A stretch of DNA of 64,000 nt from Anolis carolinensis (lineage: Eukaryota). This document shows, one piece after another, positions 1 through 14,161 of this stretch; positions within the stretch are counted from its first letter, which is position 1, and every line of letters starts with the position of its first letter. The DNA is taken from positions 25,187,955 through 25,251,954 of the forward strand of contig NC_085843.1 of NCBI RefSeq assembly GCF_035594765.1, read 5' to 3'. The notes beneath the pieces are model-generated. The model saw only the letters and a list, made by a program, of their open reading frames with translations, had not been told where the DNA came from and made no database searches. Made by a program: the position numbers and the translations under genes.

Positions 1-544
1 AAGTAATTTTATACTCAGTGTTTTCAATAATTGTGTGCGTGAAACAATGTTTGTGTACACTGAACTATCAGAAAGCCAAGGTTTCACCACCTTAGCATTA
101 AGTGCACAATTTTGCATTTTGGAGTATTTAGGAATTCCGAATAAGGGGTATTAAACCTGTATTAAGGTGGAAAGAAGTACGCACAACCCAATCGTTTTTC
201 TCTAGCATTTTTTCAAAATTAAGGGGAATTTAGAATTGCTAGTACTGTAAAAGACTATGTCCTTCATTTTTTATTGGAATATTTCTTTCCTAAGGGCATG
301 AATTAGGCACTTTGTATAATATAAATATTCAGCAGCCTTATGATATCATTAGAATCCCCACAGGGTTACAAGAATCATTATATAATCTAGATGGCTCACA
401 GTCCTCTGAATTTGCCAGTTTCAATAAATAAAATATTCATATCCAGAGGAGGAAACAACAGGTTTAGAACTCGATTCCAAGAGAAGTTAAATATCCACCT
501 TTCTAACCGTTTTCTGCTGATAGGCAAAGCTCTTTTTTATTCAA

Positions 545-546
545 GT

Positions 547-597
<51 letters not shown>
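545..597. repeat. Compound (GT)n(GA)n microsatellite
   Basis: Directly visible. Confidence 0.95.
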
Positions 598-602
<5 letters not shown>

Positions 603-919
603 CAATGTTTGTTATGTAAAGGGTTTTTAATGCATAGGTTCTGTGTCTTTTTGTCGAGCTGCTTTCAAATTGATTTAAATTCAGTTCTCTGTTAATATTT
701 TGTTTATGTGGTTTTACTATAACAATGCTGTTTATAATGTGGCCTGGGTTTTTTTCTCAGTCTTCTTGTGAGCTATTTTTGAGATTGGTTAGAGATTGTT
801 TTTATTCTATCACAACTGCTATGTTGTTTATAATTGTTGTTGTTTTATTCTGTTTTATGATACTGTATATGTATTTTAATGGGATTATATTCTATGATGT
901 TGACCAGGCACGTCCCCAT

Positions 920-989
920 CATGTAAGCCGTTCTGAGTCACCTTGGGGAGATGGAAGTGGGGTACAAAAATAAAGTAGTAGTAGTAGTA

Positions 990-1035
<46 letters not shown>
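920..1035 (+). mobile_element. L2 LINE 3' end with (TAG)n(TTA)n tail
   Basis: tgtaagccgttctgagtcacc...ggggagat...aataaa plus a trinucleotide tail. The same terminus is seen at 41090-41200 and, on the minus strand, at 11351-11450 and 55782-55860. Confidence 0.65.
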
Positions 1036-1036
<1 letters not shown>

Positions 1037-1717
1037 GAATCCTAGATTTGAGAGCATAATTGGCTATAAATGGAATAAAAGAGAAATATATGGAATGGCA
1101 GGCAAAATTATTGCTTCCCTTTTTTCCAAGAGACAAAAAAACATTCTGAAGGTGGTTTTCCAAATAAAATTCAGATCAACTGAATTTATATTACAGCTAG
1201 TTGTTTACAAGATCCCCGAACAAAATTATGATTAATCTAGTTCAATGGCTTTTATTAAAGTTCTTTGTTGGCTTTTTTTAAAAAAAGAGTGTTTGAGTTT
1301 CCTTTTAATTTTGGATATTTAAAGGAATGTTTTAAAACTGTTTTAGTTGTGCCTGAAAGGCTGAGATAACTTCTTGGAAGGAAGTGGAAATATGGTATAA
1401 GAATAAAATGATAAAATAATGCAGGCAAAAATCATATTATCCCAGTCTGGCCACTCAAATATCAACAGAATATGAAGATGAAAAACAACAGAAAAGAGCA
1501 GGAAGAGAAACTTAAGCAGCAAAATCTAAAAGCCTTAGAACAGGTATAGTCTGTTGCAGTTGCTGGGGGGAAGCAGCTAATCTCTGGCTCCCTGTCCTTC
1601 CCATGAGTCTGGGGGAAAACAACATTTTCAGCCAGCCAGTTCTTAATTGAAAAAGATGACAAAAAGATGATGCTTTTACTTTTGCTGCCATTTTGTATAA
1701 TAATAATAACAACAACA

Positions 1718-2090
1718 CAGCTTGAGTATCCCTTAGCCAAAATGCTGGGGATCAAAAGCGTTTTGGATTTTTCAAAACCTGTATTTACATATACATAATC
1801 TAATATACTCTAAAATACAATACTGGCTGAGATAGTGACATCTTTGCTTTCTGATGGTTCAGTGTCACAAACTTTGTTTCACACACACAATTATTTAAAA
1901 TATTATATATACATTTACTTTTAGGCTTCGTGTATAAGATGTACATGAAATATAAATGAACTTTGTGTTAGACTTGGGTTCTATCTCCAAGATATTTCAT
2001 TATGTATTCAAATATTCAAAAATAAAAGGCAAAATATGAAACACTTCTAATTCCAAGCATTTTGTGTAGTGTAGGGGATATTCAACCTTT
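1718..2090. mobile_element. Tc1/mariner (Tigger-like) non-autonomous element
   Basis: Ends cagcttgagtatccctta... and ...ggggatattcaacc form degenerate TIRs. Related copies at 1-161 and 24212-24440. Confidence 0.6.
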
Positions 2091-4090
2091 GCAAAGTAAT
2101 TGAAAAATTATTGGCATCAGTCAGAGTGAGATCCCTATGTTACATATCAGACAGACCCTTTTGTGGAGGCTGCACAACATATTTCAGCGGTCTCTCTGAA
2201 TATTTTCATAGTATATCGTGTAGATATGTTAATTTGACCTATGTTTTGTTATGATATGATATTTCTCATCCAGATTTTGTTTATAACAACTGTTAGTCAT
2301 ATACAATAAATATTTGACTAAAGTTGTTCCTATAATTTGGAATTCAGCTTGCAGCCATGACTAGAGTCTCTAATTTACTCGAAACTCAGGTACATTTGAT
2401 AGGGAGGAGGATACTTTCATGAAACTGCCTCCTTATTTACATGTCATGGTTTGAAGGAAACCATCATTACATCTATAGTGGACAAACGGAGACTTTTGCT
2501 TGTAATAGTGGCTATTGTATATTTATTTTTGAGATCTCTTATTTCTTTTTCTTTTTTTCAGAAATTCTGATCAGGATGCTACAACTGAGTTGGGCTCACT
2601 ATGCAAGCAAAAGAAAGTGATGAAATTCTGAGGTTGGAAGCAATTCCCATTGAAATTATGAGTAGAGGCTGATAGGTCAATGCCAAGAGAACTGTGAATC
2701 TATGTTTGTAGTTTAGTGATGCCCAGGACCTCTCTGGCTGAGCAATTTTAAGGCCCTCCCCTAAACTAGCCAGAATTCTGCAGGAGACAGCCAAAGGATT
2801 TCAGACAAAAAAAGGAATTTCCCTAGTCTTTCAGCTCTAGTGTGATACTGACCTCAATAACTGATAAAAAAATTTGTTGTGAATCTTCACTTTTTAACAG
2901 TTTGTTCTATTACTTGGATCACACACTCCAGTTAATCTTGTCCAATGAACATCATGGTAGTCCTCGTTTTATCAAATCAGCCAAATATGACCTACATAAG
3001 AGTATATGCCATTTGTCAAGGCATGAAAATGTTATGTTCCTCACAGAGAGCTTTTGTTTCCATTGCAATGGGACTGAGAAAGAAAGGGAAGAACAACTCT
3101 GCTTATTGGGTTATAAATTCACTTGCTAAAAATGCACATGCAAAAGGCCAAGGGTCTCCCATGAGGTTTGCAAACAGTGACAATCTCGTCACACAGCTTT
3201 CGACACACTATAAAGGGTGAGAACCACAAAGCAAAATGCAAACTTGTTCTGGTTTCTTGCACGTTCCTAGAAAGCACTTACTGAACAGTCCACCAGAATT
3301 TTCTCCCCCTAGAGAAATTGGAGATGAGGGAATATGCAGTCTACTGGGATTTGTTCCTATTTGCTCTTGTGTAGGCATTGGCAGACATTGTAACAGATGT
3401 CATGCCTTCAATTGAGTCATACCATTTTTATACTTGCTCTTCCTGTCACGGAAGACTCTGGAGAATCATCCCAATGCATGTACAGGTAAAGTTAAGAGTT
3501 ATGAAAAAATGAAAGTTTGCTTCTAGATGGGGAATGAGAACGCTCGTTATCATGTGTACATACTTGCATGGTCTTTGATATATTCATTGGGACACTTCTT
3601 ACACTCCTTCCACCTCCTGAGGCATGTCTAAGAGATGGTTTTCTGAGTGTACACTTCCATCCTCTGGAACTTCTCACCTTGGGGAAAGGTACTCCTCTGA
3701 GTTGTCCTTCAAATGCCATCAAAAGCATTTTAATCAAAAATGCCTTTGGCAACTGATTTTGTTTGCCGTGGAACAGGCCTTTTTGCACACTACTTGGATT
3801 TTATCTGTAGAGTCAAATATTCTGTCCAAAGAAACACTTTAACCAGATGCAATGGAAATGACACCAGGTGGGGGTTACTATAATCAAATGCTGCTTCCCA
3901 GATGTGCCTACTGAAAGATACACAATTTTTGTCTAGAATGAAATTTTTGGCTGATCCAACAGGCTATTCTTACATACATAACATGTTATTTCACAATTAT
4001 GGTGCTAGTTGTGGAATGGAACTTCATGAAAGGGAACTTATAAAATGTCTGCAGGTAAATAAGAGTACGTGGCATGAATATATACAGTAC

Positions 4091-4212
4091 CGAGTATGTT
4101 TGCTGTACACTGGAGAATTCCTGAGACATCTTCAGTTTCGTCATTGCCAGAGTGGTCTGTATAGGAGCATCGGTCAGAGATATTGTGGAAGTTCTTTTCA
4201 GCATCCCTGTAA
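4091..4212 (-). CDS. GUCY1A2: GUCY1A2 coding exon 3
   Basis: ctttccag|T TAC AGG... encodes YRDAEKNFHNISDRCSYTDHSGNDETEDVSGILQCTANIL(G). Donor G|gtactg; 122 bp; continues the frame from exon 2. Confidence 0.95.
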
Positions 4213-4859
4213 CTGGAAAGAAACATAAAACAGCAGGACTAAGATCACATATAGCATAAAGAATTATGTATCTAGAAAGCCATCTAGAAGAATCAAAATG
4301 CCTTCAAGAGGAATCCTGGCACATTTCTCTCGAAGTGTCAAAACAGATTTGGAATTATTCACTAATCTTGGCTGTCCAAACAGCTTCATGGCAAAGTTGG
4401 TCACCAAAATTTACTTATAAACATATCAGGCATTAGATTAGAGAACAAATCCTCCTATTGCTATTACCTGAGAGCTGTTTGAAGGGCAGGAAGCTATACT
4501 TAAGGAGAAAATATCAGTTTGTCCAGTAGGTTACTTCGGGACTTTGGAATCAGTGGCAGTTAATGGTTCCATGTCAGTAGGATAGTAAATACACACTGAG
4601 TTTTGATCCAAACTTTTAAAAAAACTACCCAAACTACTGTCAAAAAAAGATTAAGCATACATTTGAAAATAAACCCTGAAGTGCATTTACTGCCCCTATG
4701 ATAAGGAAGCCACAAGTTGTAATTGTTTACAACAGGACAAAGATCAGCAAATATTTCTAAAGAATGCAAGAATAATAACATAATTACAAACTCCTGGAGT
4801 TGGAAAAGAGGACAAGATCCCCATATTCCAACCCACTGCAGTGCATGAATACACAACTA

Positions 4860-5385
4860 AAGCAATCCTGATAATGTCCATTCAGATTTTGTTTAAAGAC
4901 TGTCAAAGACAGAGTCCACCATCTTTCAGGGCAGTCCATTCCACTGCCAAACAATGCTTTCAAATGTTTACATTGAACAGTTTTCTTGTCACCTGAATCC
5001 TTTGTATCATCGTCTAGTCCCCAGAGTAGCAGAAGGCAAGATCACTCCACCTTTTACATCAGTGGTTCTCAACCTGTGGGGCCTCAGCTGTTTTGGCCTT
5101 CAACTCCCAGAAATCCTAACAGCTGGTAAACTGGGTGGGATTTCTGGGAGTTGAAGGCCAAAATACCTGGGGACCCACAGGTTAAGAACCCTTTGTCCTA
5201 CATGATACTTTATAAATTTAAAGATGGCTATCACAGTTTAATTCCCAGTCTTCTCTTCTCCAAACATACCCAGTTCCTCAAGTCATTATTCATAAGGCTT
5301 GGTTTTCAGACCTTTGACTATTATGGTTGCCCTTCTATGAAACATTCCAGTCAATATCTCTCAAGTGTAGTGCAGTGCACATAAC
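4860..5385 (-). mobile_element. CR1 LINE 3' fragment interrupted by a hAT MITE
   Basis: Reverse complement resembles the CR1 ORF2 C-terminus (ggtctgaaaaccaagccttatgaa...ctgggtatgtttggagaagagaagactg). Confidence 0.7.
5060..5195. mobile_element. hAT MITE (CAGTGGTTCTCAAC family), degenerate copy
   Basis: Same ~134-bp palindromic element as at 6438 and other loci. Confidence 0.85.
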
Positions 5386-5554
5386 CCCCACCCCTCCAAC
5401 TCCCCCAACCCCTAACCCTGTATCCTTCTGAAATATACCTGCATAATATCAGGAAACTGGGGGGGGGGGGATATACTATAAATTGTCAGGGGCATGAATG
5501 AATTCCGTCTCATTCTCCACGGAAAGAGCCACACTGTCAACTGACATATAAACA

Positions 5555-5888
5555 AAGGTAAAAGTAAAGGTTTTCCCCTGACAGTAAGTAAAGTCATGCC
5601 CGCCTCTGGGGGTTGGTGCTCATCTCCACTTCTAAGCCGAAGAGCCGACGTTGTCTGTAGACACCTCCAAGGTCATGTGGCTGGCATGACTGCATAGAGT
5701 GCTGTTGCCTTCCTGCCAAGGCAGTACCTATTGATCTACTCACATTTGCATGTTTTTGAACTGCTAGGTTGGCAGAAGCTGGGGCTAACAGCAGGCGCTC
5801 ACTCTGCTCCCCGGATTCAAACCTGCAACCTTTTGGTCCGCAAGTTCAGCAGCTCAGTGCTTTAACACACTGCACCACTGGGGGCTCC
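5555..5888 (-). mobile_element. Sauria SINE, full length
   Basis: tRNA-like head GGAGCCCCCAGTGGTGCAG, (ACCTTT)n tail, 13-bp TSD TGACATATAAACA (5542-5554, 5889-5901). Confidence 0.92.
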
Positions 5889-6437
5889 TGACATATAAAC
5901 ATATTGCACTTAAATGAAAAACCCCTATATTGTATCTGAATTTTGCTTCCTTTTTACAGTTTCTCCCTCCTCTCTCTCTAGGCCCGACTGCTATCAGGAT
6001 TCTGGAAACTAGCAGGTTCTTGACAGGTTGTCTCAAGAGATTTCAGAAATGCATTTTTCTTTTTTATTTACAAACTTGTACACATGGAAACAATCTTCTG
6101 AAGATGCAGAAATGGCAATCATATTTTGAGGAATGCGAGCAATGAAATACAGCCAAATTTGTATACATCTCTTGATTGCTCAGGATAATAAATTCCCAAG
6201 AAGACGATGAAAAGGGATTTACAAACTAGGGTATTGGGAAGAAAATGGTAAATGAGTTTCAATACTGTAAAGAAGATCTGGGAAATATGCTGTATGAGGT
6301 CTCCCATCCATGTTTTCCACCTCCTTCCACTGTGGTTGTTTAGCCACTGTTCCTGTCATGGTGGCTGTGAAAACAGAGGCCAAGATAGCACATGCTGCCT
6401 ATGTGCTTGGTGTTCATGTATAGACAAGTATCTAGAC

Positions 6438-6569
6438 CAGTGGTTCTCAACCTGTATGTCCCCAGATGTTTTGGCCAACTCCCAGAAATCCTAACAGCTG
6501 GTAAACTGGTTGGGATTTCTGGGAGTTGTAGGCCAAAACACCTGGGGATCCACAGGTTGAGAACCACTA
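6438..6569. mobile_element. hAT MITE
   Basis: TIR CAGTGGTTCTCAACCTG; 8-bp TSD ATCTAGAC. Confidence 0.9.
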
Positions 6570-7349
6570 ATCTAGACGGTTCCCTGTGATTACTGGCCAG
6601 AGGAAGTTGAGACCACAGGGAAATTTTCACAGGATTTTTCTATGAGGCAAAACATTTACACTAAGTTTGTAGCTTATTTGGCGCACTCGGTTGTTATTTC
6701 TCTTTGCTTAGCCATTCTGCTTTAATATTCGGGGCGGGGGGGTTGAATTCAAAATTGCATGTCATTCTTCTTTTACACTTTCTCTGTAGCTGAAAGTTTG
6801 AGGATATTGCTGTGGACAGAGGCTTCACAGCTTGGCTATTGGGTCATCTGGTTCAGCCTAAGGCTATACAAACCTATAGCTTGTGAATGAAGCCTCCATC
6901 AGTGATAGCCCAGTCTATTTTACTGCTTGAGGCAAAAGAGAAAGCACCACCACTCTATCTCACCACATCAAGGGGCATAGCATCCAAAGCCTCCTGAAAT
7001 ATTCTGGCACTTTTCTTATTTTGAGTAACTAAAGTAAAGAAAAACAGAACTATACATTTAGTGCCTTTTCATAACACCTCTCTTTTGTCTGAGATCATAG
7101 CCTTGCTCGGTCTAACAGCAGGCTCAGCTTGGCCTCGGTCCACAGCTGGACTCAATAGAGAATCATCATCATTATAATCACTGGTGGCTGAATATGATTG
7201 TTGAATAAGAAAGCTCTCAACTTCCTAGAAGGGACCTTTTTGCTCTGCTAAATGAGAAAGAAGAGAAGGACAAAGATTCCTAAATGCAATTAAAACATGC
7301 ATTGACAATGACACCACATTGAGGATGAGGCAAGCATGTAATTGAGCAT

Positions 7350-9230
7350 GGCATGAAAGGCAAACACCATCAGGGGTATTTTATAGTACTGGAACTCCAC
7401 AACTGATATGCTTTCTCCATAGAGGGGACCCTGAGCTGGAAGGCAAATACTGTTCAAGGCACAGAACACCAGGGAAAATGCTCAGGTAGCACAATGCATC
7501 ACACCCACTGACTATCAGATGCTCTCTCTAACCCATATAAGAACTAATGATGCAGGCAGACAAGGCAAATAGAGCACCAAAGACTTATGCAGTTCTGAGT
7601 GGGAAATAGAAGAAACTGGAGGTAGATTTTTCAGCACTTTTCTGAAACTGATAACAAAATCTTCACAGATGTATTATGTGAATTGTTTATGGCTATCCTG
7701 GCACCTGTTAGAACTCTTGTCTCTGCAAGAAATGGAATGGCTGATATGTTTTTGACATGTCCTGCTGACAACGGCATAGCACAGATGCTGGAAGAAGAAA
7801 CAAGGTTATCTGCTGTTATAGACTTAAACAAGACCAACGGGCAAAAATTGATTCATAGGGCATAAATGATGGGAAGGTTGTGGAAAATTTGCCATGTCAC
7901 ATAATTTTTTTAACATATTTGGTTGTAAATCCTAGATTTCAGGAAAGTTGATTTGAAAGAGCATAGAGAAATGGTTACCACAGCTAGAAATTAAAAAGAA
8001 GAAAAGGATTCAAGAAGGATGAGAGATTTGGGAAACTGAAATAATCATGAAACAATTGCAAAATATTCCAGTAAGAAGGAAAAATGGAAAACATCTAAAG
8101 AGGCAAGTGTGACTGCAGAAGGATATCGGATCATTTAAAAGGAATGTCTCAAGGAGAAAGAAGAAGAGACATCAAAGAGATAATAAAAGATGGTAACAGC
8201 AAAATAGCTGCAACTTGAAAGAAAGACTTCTGTGGAATTCATTGTCCTTACCTGGAACAATAGGAAGCATCCTCTCCACAAGGATGATTAAATATTAATA
8301 GATAATTAACAGGTGATTAACAGGGATTTTTTTTCTATCTTGATTGTCATCTGCAAGGGAATTAGTAGTAAAGGAGGTGAGGAAAACAAGTATTGCAAGA
8401 AGGGACTTTCCTTCCCAGGAATAACTAAAGAGATGGTTGGAGAAGACTTAGCTGGTTTAGATGAATGTATATTCCCAGTTCCAAATGAGCTTTAAACCAA
8501 CCTGGTTGCTAAAAGGTCATTGTCTAAAATCTGTTCAAAATGCTTAGAGAACAGCAATCTTCCTGAAGACTGGGCAAATGTTCTTGTCTTCCAAAGTGAA
8601 GAATTTGGAAGACAATTTCAAAATTACAGACTCATTAGTCTAATGGCAAATTTCTAAATCAACTTAAGTAGCTGGCTTGAAATAGCCTACAAAAATATAT
8701 ATCTATTACTGAAAATTGGCATAGATTTATCAAGAGTAGTTTGTCCAAACCAACCATATTTTCATTTTGAGAGTTTAGTTGATTATGGTGATGTCACAGA
8801 CAGTGTTGTATATTTCAATTTGTGAAAAAGTTCCCACAGACAACATGTATCTTTGTAGATAAGATGGCAAATATGGATGATACTACCGGGGTTTTTTTTT
8901 AATCCACAGCTGGCTGAGTAGTCATTAAATGGCTCAATTTTGACTTGGAAGGAGATATCAAACAGAGTGCCACAGGGCTTCCATCTGGGTCCTGTGCTTT
9001 TCAACATTTTAATAAATAACGTGAACAAAGAAACAGAGCAGGTGCTTATCAAATTTGCAAGCAACATGAAGGTGGGAGAAATAGCTAATACCATGAAAGA
9101 TACATCTAAATTTAATCATGGAATACAGAAAGAATGAGGATTCAGATTTCAATACCTTGGAATGCTGGGCTGAAACTAGCAGGCGGAAATTCAACTGAGA
9201 TAATTGTAAAGTCTCCAGGGCAATACAAAA
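7350..9230 (+). mobile_element. Old, decayed CR1 LINE ORF2 (endonuclease to RT)
   Basis: Remnant peptides FLTCPADNGIAQMLEEETRLSAVIDL (endonuclease), EMVGEDLAGLDECIFPVPNEL, and WKEISNRVPQGFHLGPVLFNILIN...LIKFASNMKVG (RT). Many stops and frameshifts. Confidence 0.8.
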
Positions 9231-9609
9231 AAAATTGCAATATAGTGTTCCCTCACTACTTCGCGGTTCACTTTTCGCGGATTCACTGTTTTACGGTTTT
9301 TCAATAAACTCTAAAAGACTATTATAAATCATAAAAAAATACAATTTACAGCCTAAGGAAGGGAGGAAGGAGAAGCCAAAGAGAGAGAAAAGGAGCCCAA
9401 GTGGCAACAGGAGGAGGAGGAGGTGATTTATTAACACACAATTGGTTGATAAAGACTTAAATGCGAAGGATTTAGGCATTGTAAGATCAACCTGTGCCAG
9501 CAACATGTGCCTCTAGTGGGCATTTAGAAGCAATTAGCAGACATTGTTGCAAAATTGTAATTTTTCGCAATTTTTTTAAAAATGCAAAAAAAATAATTTT
9601 CCGACACCT

Positions 9610-9785
9610 AAAGTACCAGACTCCATCTGACCTTGGAAACTAAGCAAAGTTAGCCCTGGTTAGCTCTGGATGGGAGGAAGGAACTGGCAAAACCACCTCT
9701 GAAGATTCTTTGTCTAAGAGAATCCTATAAATCCATGAGATTGTTGTAAGTTTACAGATGACTTGATGGCACATGGACACACACA
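9610..9785 (+). mobile_element. 5S rRNA-derived SINE (SINE3) with RTE-like tail, decayed
   Basis: ccagactccatctgaccttggaaactaagcaaagttagccctggttagctctggatgggag resembles the 5S internal region. Similar copies on the minus strand near 51390-51545 and 54440-54620. Confidence 0.6.
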
Positions 9786-9811
9786 GGGTTTAGGACTAGA
9801 TAGCCCTTGAA

Positions 9812-9862
<51 letters not shown>

Positions 9863-9865
<3 letters not shown>

Positions 9866-11242
9866 TGAGAAAACTGCAACAACTAAGTTCTGGGAAGAAC
9901 TTTGGGAGAATAATAAGAACCACAACAAAAACGCTGGGTGGATAAAGGAGTATGAAGGAAAATTCTCACAGAACAAAATGGAACAGATGGAAATAACAAC
10001 TGAAATTATCAGCAAACAAGTGCAAAAAGTCAAGAACTGGACATCGCCTGGTAGTGATCAACTGCATGGATTTTGGCTCAAATATCTGATTAGTCTACAT
10101 GGAAAAATGGCCCAACAATTCAATGAGATGCTGCAAAAAGTATCAGTGAATGGTTAACAACTGGGTGAACATACCTGATACAAAAGGATTCAGCAAAAGG
10201 AGCAGCACCAGGAAACTACAGGCCAATAACGTGTCTGCCCACTACGTTTAAACTACTGACTGGCATCACAGCTGACTGAATTCAAGACTATCTTGAAGAA
10301 AAAACATCTTGCCAGATGAACAGAAAGGCAACAAACGGAAAAGCAGGGGCACAAAAGACCAATTATTAATTGACAAAATGATTCTGGAGAACTGTAAAAG
10401 AGGAAAACCTAATCTTCACATGACATGGATTGACTACAAAAAGGCCTTTGATTCACTCCCACACAGCTGGATCATCAAGTGCCTAGACGCCATTGGGATT
10501 TGTAAACACGTTGGCACTTTTATTGAAAACCTGATTGGAAATGAAAACTACGGACTTGTCAACATCAGAAGAGGAATTTTCCAGAGAGACTCATTGTCCC
10601 CATTGCTTTTCATTGTTGCCATGATCCCTCTGTCAACAATCTTACAAAAAAACAAGTCTCGGCTATCAAACATCTAAGAAATCTCACAAAATTTCACATC
10701 TGATGTACATGGATGACCTGAAGCTGTATGGGAAAACTGAAACAGAAATCCAGTCTCTGACTAACACTGTCCGAATTTTTAGTGCTGATATCAGCATGGA
10801 GTTTGGTTTGGACAAATGTTCGACAGTGGCATTGAAGAAGGGAAAAATCATTGAAAGCAAGGGCACAAATATGCCTAATGGCCAAACAATAAATTGACAC
10901 CAGCCAGAGGCCTATAAATATTTGGGCATATTACAGCTGGACAACATCAAGCATGAACATGTGAAAACTGTAGTCAGCAAAGAATACTCACAAAGGTTCA
11001 TAAAAATTCTCAAAAGCAAGCTCAATGGAGGCAATACCCATCAAGGCCATAAACACCTGGGTCATACCTGTCATAAGATATACAGCTGGTATCATAAACT
11101 GGATGTGGGCGGAACTGGACAATTTGGACAGAAAAATAAGAAAAATCATGACCATTATCATTCACTGCATCCTTGCAGTGAATGATAATGACAGGTATGG
11201 CCCACTGAAGAAAGATAATAACAATACTACTACTACTACTAC

Positions 11243-11277
<35 letters not shown>

Positions 11278-11349
11278 TATGGGAAGTGTTCAACTTGTGA
11301 TTTGGTGATACAAAATCCAGCATATCTATCTTGTTTGCTGTGCCATACA

Positions 11350-11350
<1 letters not shown>
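9863..11350 (+). mobile_element. R4/Dong-like non-LTR retrotransposon, 5'-truncated and internally deleted, within (TAA)n
   Basis: RT motifs [83 protein letters not shown] with frameshifts. Flanked by (TAA)n runs. Confidence 0.85.
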
Positions 11351-11401
<51 letters not shown>

Positions 11402-12328
11402 TTGTACCCCACTTTTCTCCCAGGATTGGGACCCAAGGCAGCTCACAGTCTTAAAAACTATGTAACTTAAAATCTGACATGATATAATTGTTAAAATAGA
11501 ACTAAATATTACAACTATTAAAACAAATATTGAAACAAATAAAATTTTGTTAAAAACAATTCCTGGGTATCTTTTCTGACTTTATGATTCTTTGGTTCTA
11601 ATCTAAGAAAAAGGAAAGGGGAAAGAGGAGATAAGACATTATCTCTGCCCAACAGTGCTGGTGCTTCATCCAACTACAAATCCCAGAATTCCAATGCGGT
11701 TAAAGTGGCATAAAATGGCACTAATTATACAGTGTAGATGCACCCAAAGACATACAGACATAGATAATTTCTTCAGAATTCAAGGTCTAGGTATCCATAT
11801 TTTAAAAGTGCAGTTCTGTTTAAACAGGGTTTCTGCTCCCCTTTCATCCACATGTGATCCACACTTTACATCCATCTCTTTGCAAGGATGCACAGGTAAA
11901 TCCCCAAAGAGCAGCATCTATTTCTCTTACTTCAGCCCTGCAGACATGCCAGCGCTATCAATGCCAAAGAAAGCATTCAGAGTTTGACTTGACAAAAATG
12001 TTACAGAACACATAAAGGTAAATTCCTAAGACTCAGAGAGTTTCAGAAGCCTGAAATGAATTTTAAGTACATACTTCTGACTTGACATAAACAGTATGCC
12101 AAAGCTACCACGGTGTCTGAATAATTACAGAAAAGTTGAGGGCACAATCTAGCATTTACCAATGTTACTTAATCAGTGTGGCCCTGGGAGATGATACATC
12201 TATATCATATGCTAATAGTGGTTGAGGTAGTGGTCAGAATCCTATGGCTCTCTGGGTGTTCTTAAACTGCAATTCCCAACAGCCTTAGCTTGTGAGGAAT
12301 GCTGGGAGCAGCAGTTCAACATCTAGAT

Positions 12329-12463
12329 CAGTGGTTCTCAACTTGTGAGTCCCCAAGTGTTTTAGCCTACAACTCCCAGAAATCCCAGCTAGTTTACCAT
12401 CTGTTAGGATTTCTGGGAGTTGAAGGCCAAAACATCTGGGGACCCACAGGTTGAGAACCACTG
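12329..12463. mobile_element. hAT MITE
   Basis: Same TIRs; TSD ATCTAGAT/ATCTAGAG. Confidence 0.9.
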
Positions 12464-13759
12464 ATCTAGAGGGACATAAGGGAATTATGACTGAGGTGAA
12501 GCCACATGATTGTTGGGTTTGAAGCATTGATTCTCATTTGATGCTGCTATTTGTCCAGTTTTTAAAGCAAAGACAGTTGTATGTGCCTTTAAGTCGCCTG
12601 TAAACTCATAGTGACCTAATGAATTTCAAACAGTTTCTTTAAGCAAGGAATACTCAGAAGTCTAACCAAAAATGAACAGAGTGGTACTGTTACTTCCCTT
12701 GATTTGAACACTAACCAAGTTAGTGTAACCTAGAGTTGCATTGCCTTTTCTGGCTGCCATTTCACACTGTTAATTCATGTTTAGTTTGTGGTCTATTAAG
12801 ACACCTAAATAGAGAATTGAAAGCAAAAGAACCCCATTTCTTTCCATGGGTCTGTTCTTAGTAGGACTGATGTTTTACTTAGCTCACTAGATATTGTTCA
12901 CTGATCAAATGACTTGTTTCATACTTAATCAAATTTTGCCAATGTTTTAAACAAACTAAGACAGCTGAATTTTTAAAAATTGCAGTGATATTTTTATGCT
13001 AGTATAAAAGCAGGATATAAAATAAATAAACAGATTGTAAGCATAATTGTGCATTTAAGTTGTATATTCTATAAACCACAATGAAAACAGAAAATTTTCA
13101 GGGAATACCAATAAAAATGACCGAGTGGGATATTTCTCTTTATGCTTCCCTTTGTTTCAACCTCCTGTTTTAACCATTTTTTAATGTAATCAAATGCTAG
13201 TCTTGTAGAAAAGCATTTAGCAGAACAAGATAAGACGCAAAACCACAACTGCATACTCTCTTCATTAAGATCTAAGGTAATACATGATGAACACAATACA
13301 AAAGCAGTCAGACTGAGATCTGAAATCACTGCTACAGTTATACAAAAGGAACTGACCTATTAATAAATAAACCATTACATGACTCATTCTACACGAAGGT
13401 CACAGGACTGTATCTATTCAGTGCTAAAAATATCAATCTTGAAGCCAGGTAAAGAAATTCCTCTCTTGTTTTGTTTGTGTGTTGTTATTTTTTTAATGAA
13501 AGATTAATTGCATTCTTAACATAAATTAAGTACTTTATCCAAAAATAGTTATTTCTTTACTTATTGGCTAATTTTCCAAGTACCAAAGAACTGTAGAATA
13601 TGCAATGGACAGAATCCAATCATTAAAAAAACACAATTGCAGATGAATACAATTCACCAGCCTACATAAATATTACCCGATACAGCCCTCAAATAATTAA
13701 AAAAAAATATAAACCTACACAATAAGTCCTTTCGATATCATGTCATTGAATGCATGCTG

Positions 13760-13915
13760 CAATCTGTATGACTTTGAGCAAATCAGACTCTCTCAGCCTC
13801 AGAGAAAGGCAACGGTAAACATCTTTTGAGCAAATCTTTCCATGAAAACCCTGTGATAGGTTCGGCTTAGGGTTGCCATAGGTCAAATATGACTTGAAGG
13901 CACACAGCCACAGCA
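13760..13915 (+). mobile_element. Squamate SINE 3' part with Bov-B-like tail
   Basis: ...gaaaaccctgtgataggttc...gggttgccataggtc...gacttgaaggcacaca. Many degenerate relatives (about 22070-22240, 35290-35460, 42000-42190, 50630-50730, 59280-59480). Confidence 0.55.
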
Positions 13916-14161
13916 AGGCAAGGTAACCTACTTTGTAATAGCTTTGAAAAATCAGAAAGCAGCCCAAGCTATCTGAGTCAACCCAAATGTACTCCTTGTT
14001 AAGTTTTAAATACCTTCTTCTTCCCATCCATGCAACACCTTCCCCCTCAACACTTTTCCTTTCTGGTTGTAGTGGTGGAAACAAACTTCAGCATGTCAGG
14101 CTGCAAATCATTCTGGAATCATAGTTTTCTCAAGAATCAAAGTAATTAGAGTAGGTCTTAG

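Noticed and set aside
885-1235. Poly-Asn/Ile/Tyr ORFs (also at 9714-10033 and 41057-41396)
   Set aside because: Translations of (TAA/TTA)n microsatellites.
2560-3900. Possible decayed coding sequence next to exon 3
   Set aside because: I could not recover a convincing protein or TE motif in any frame.
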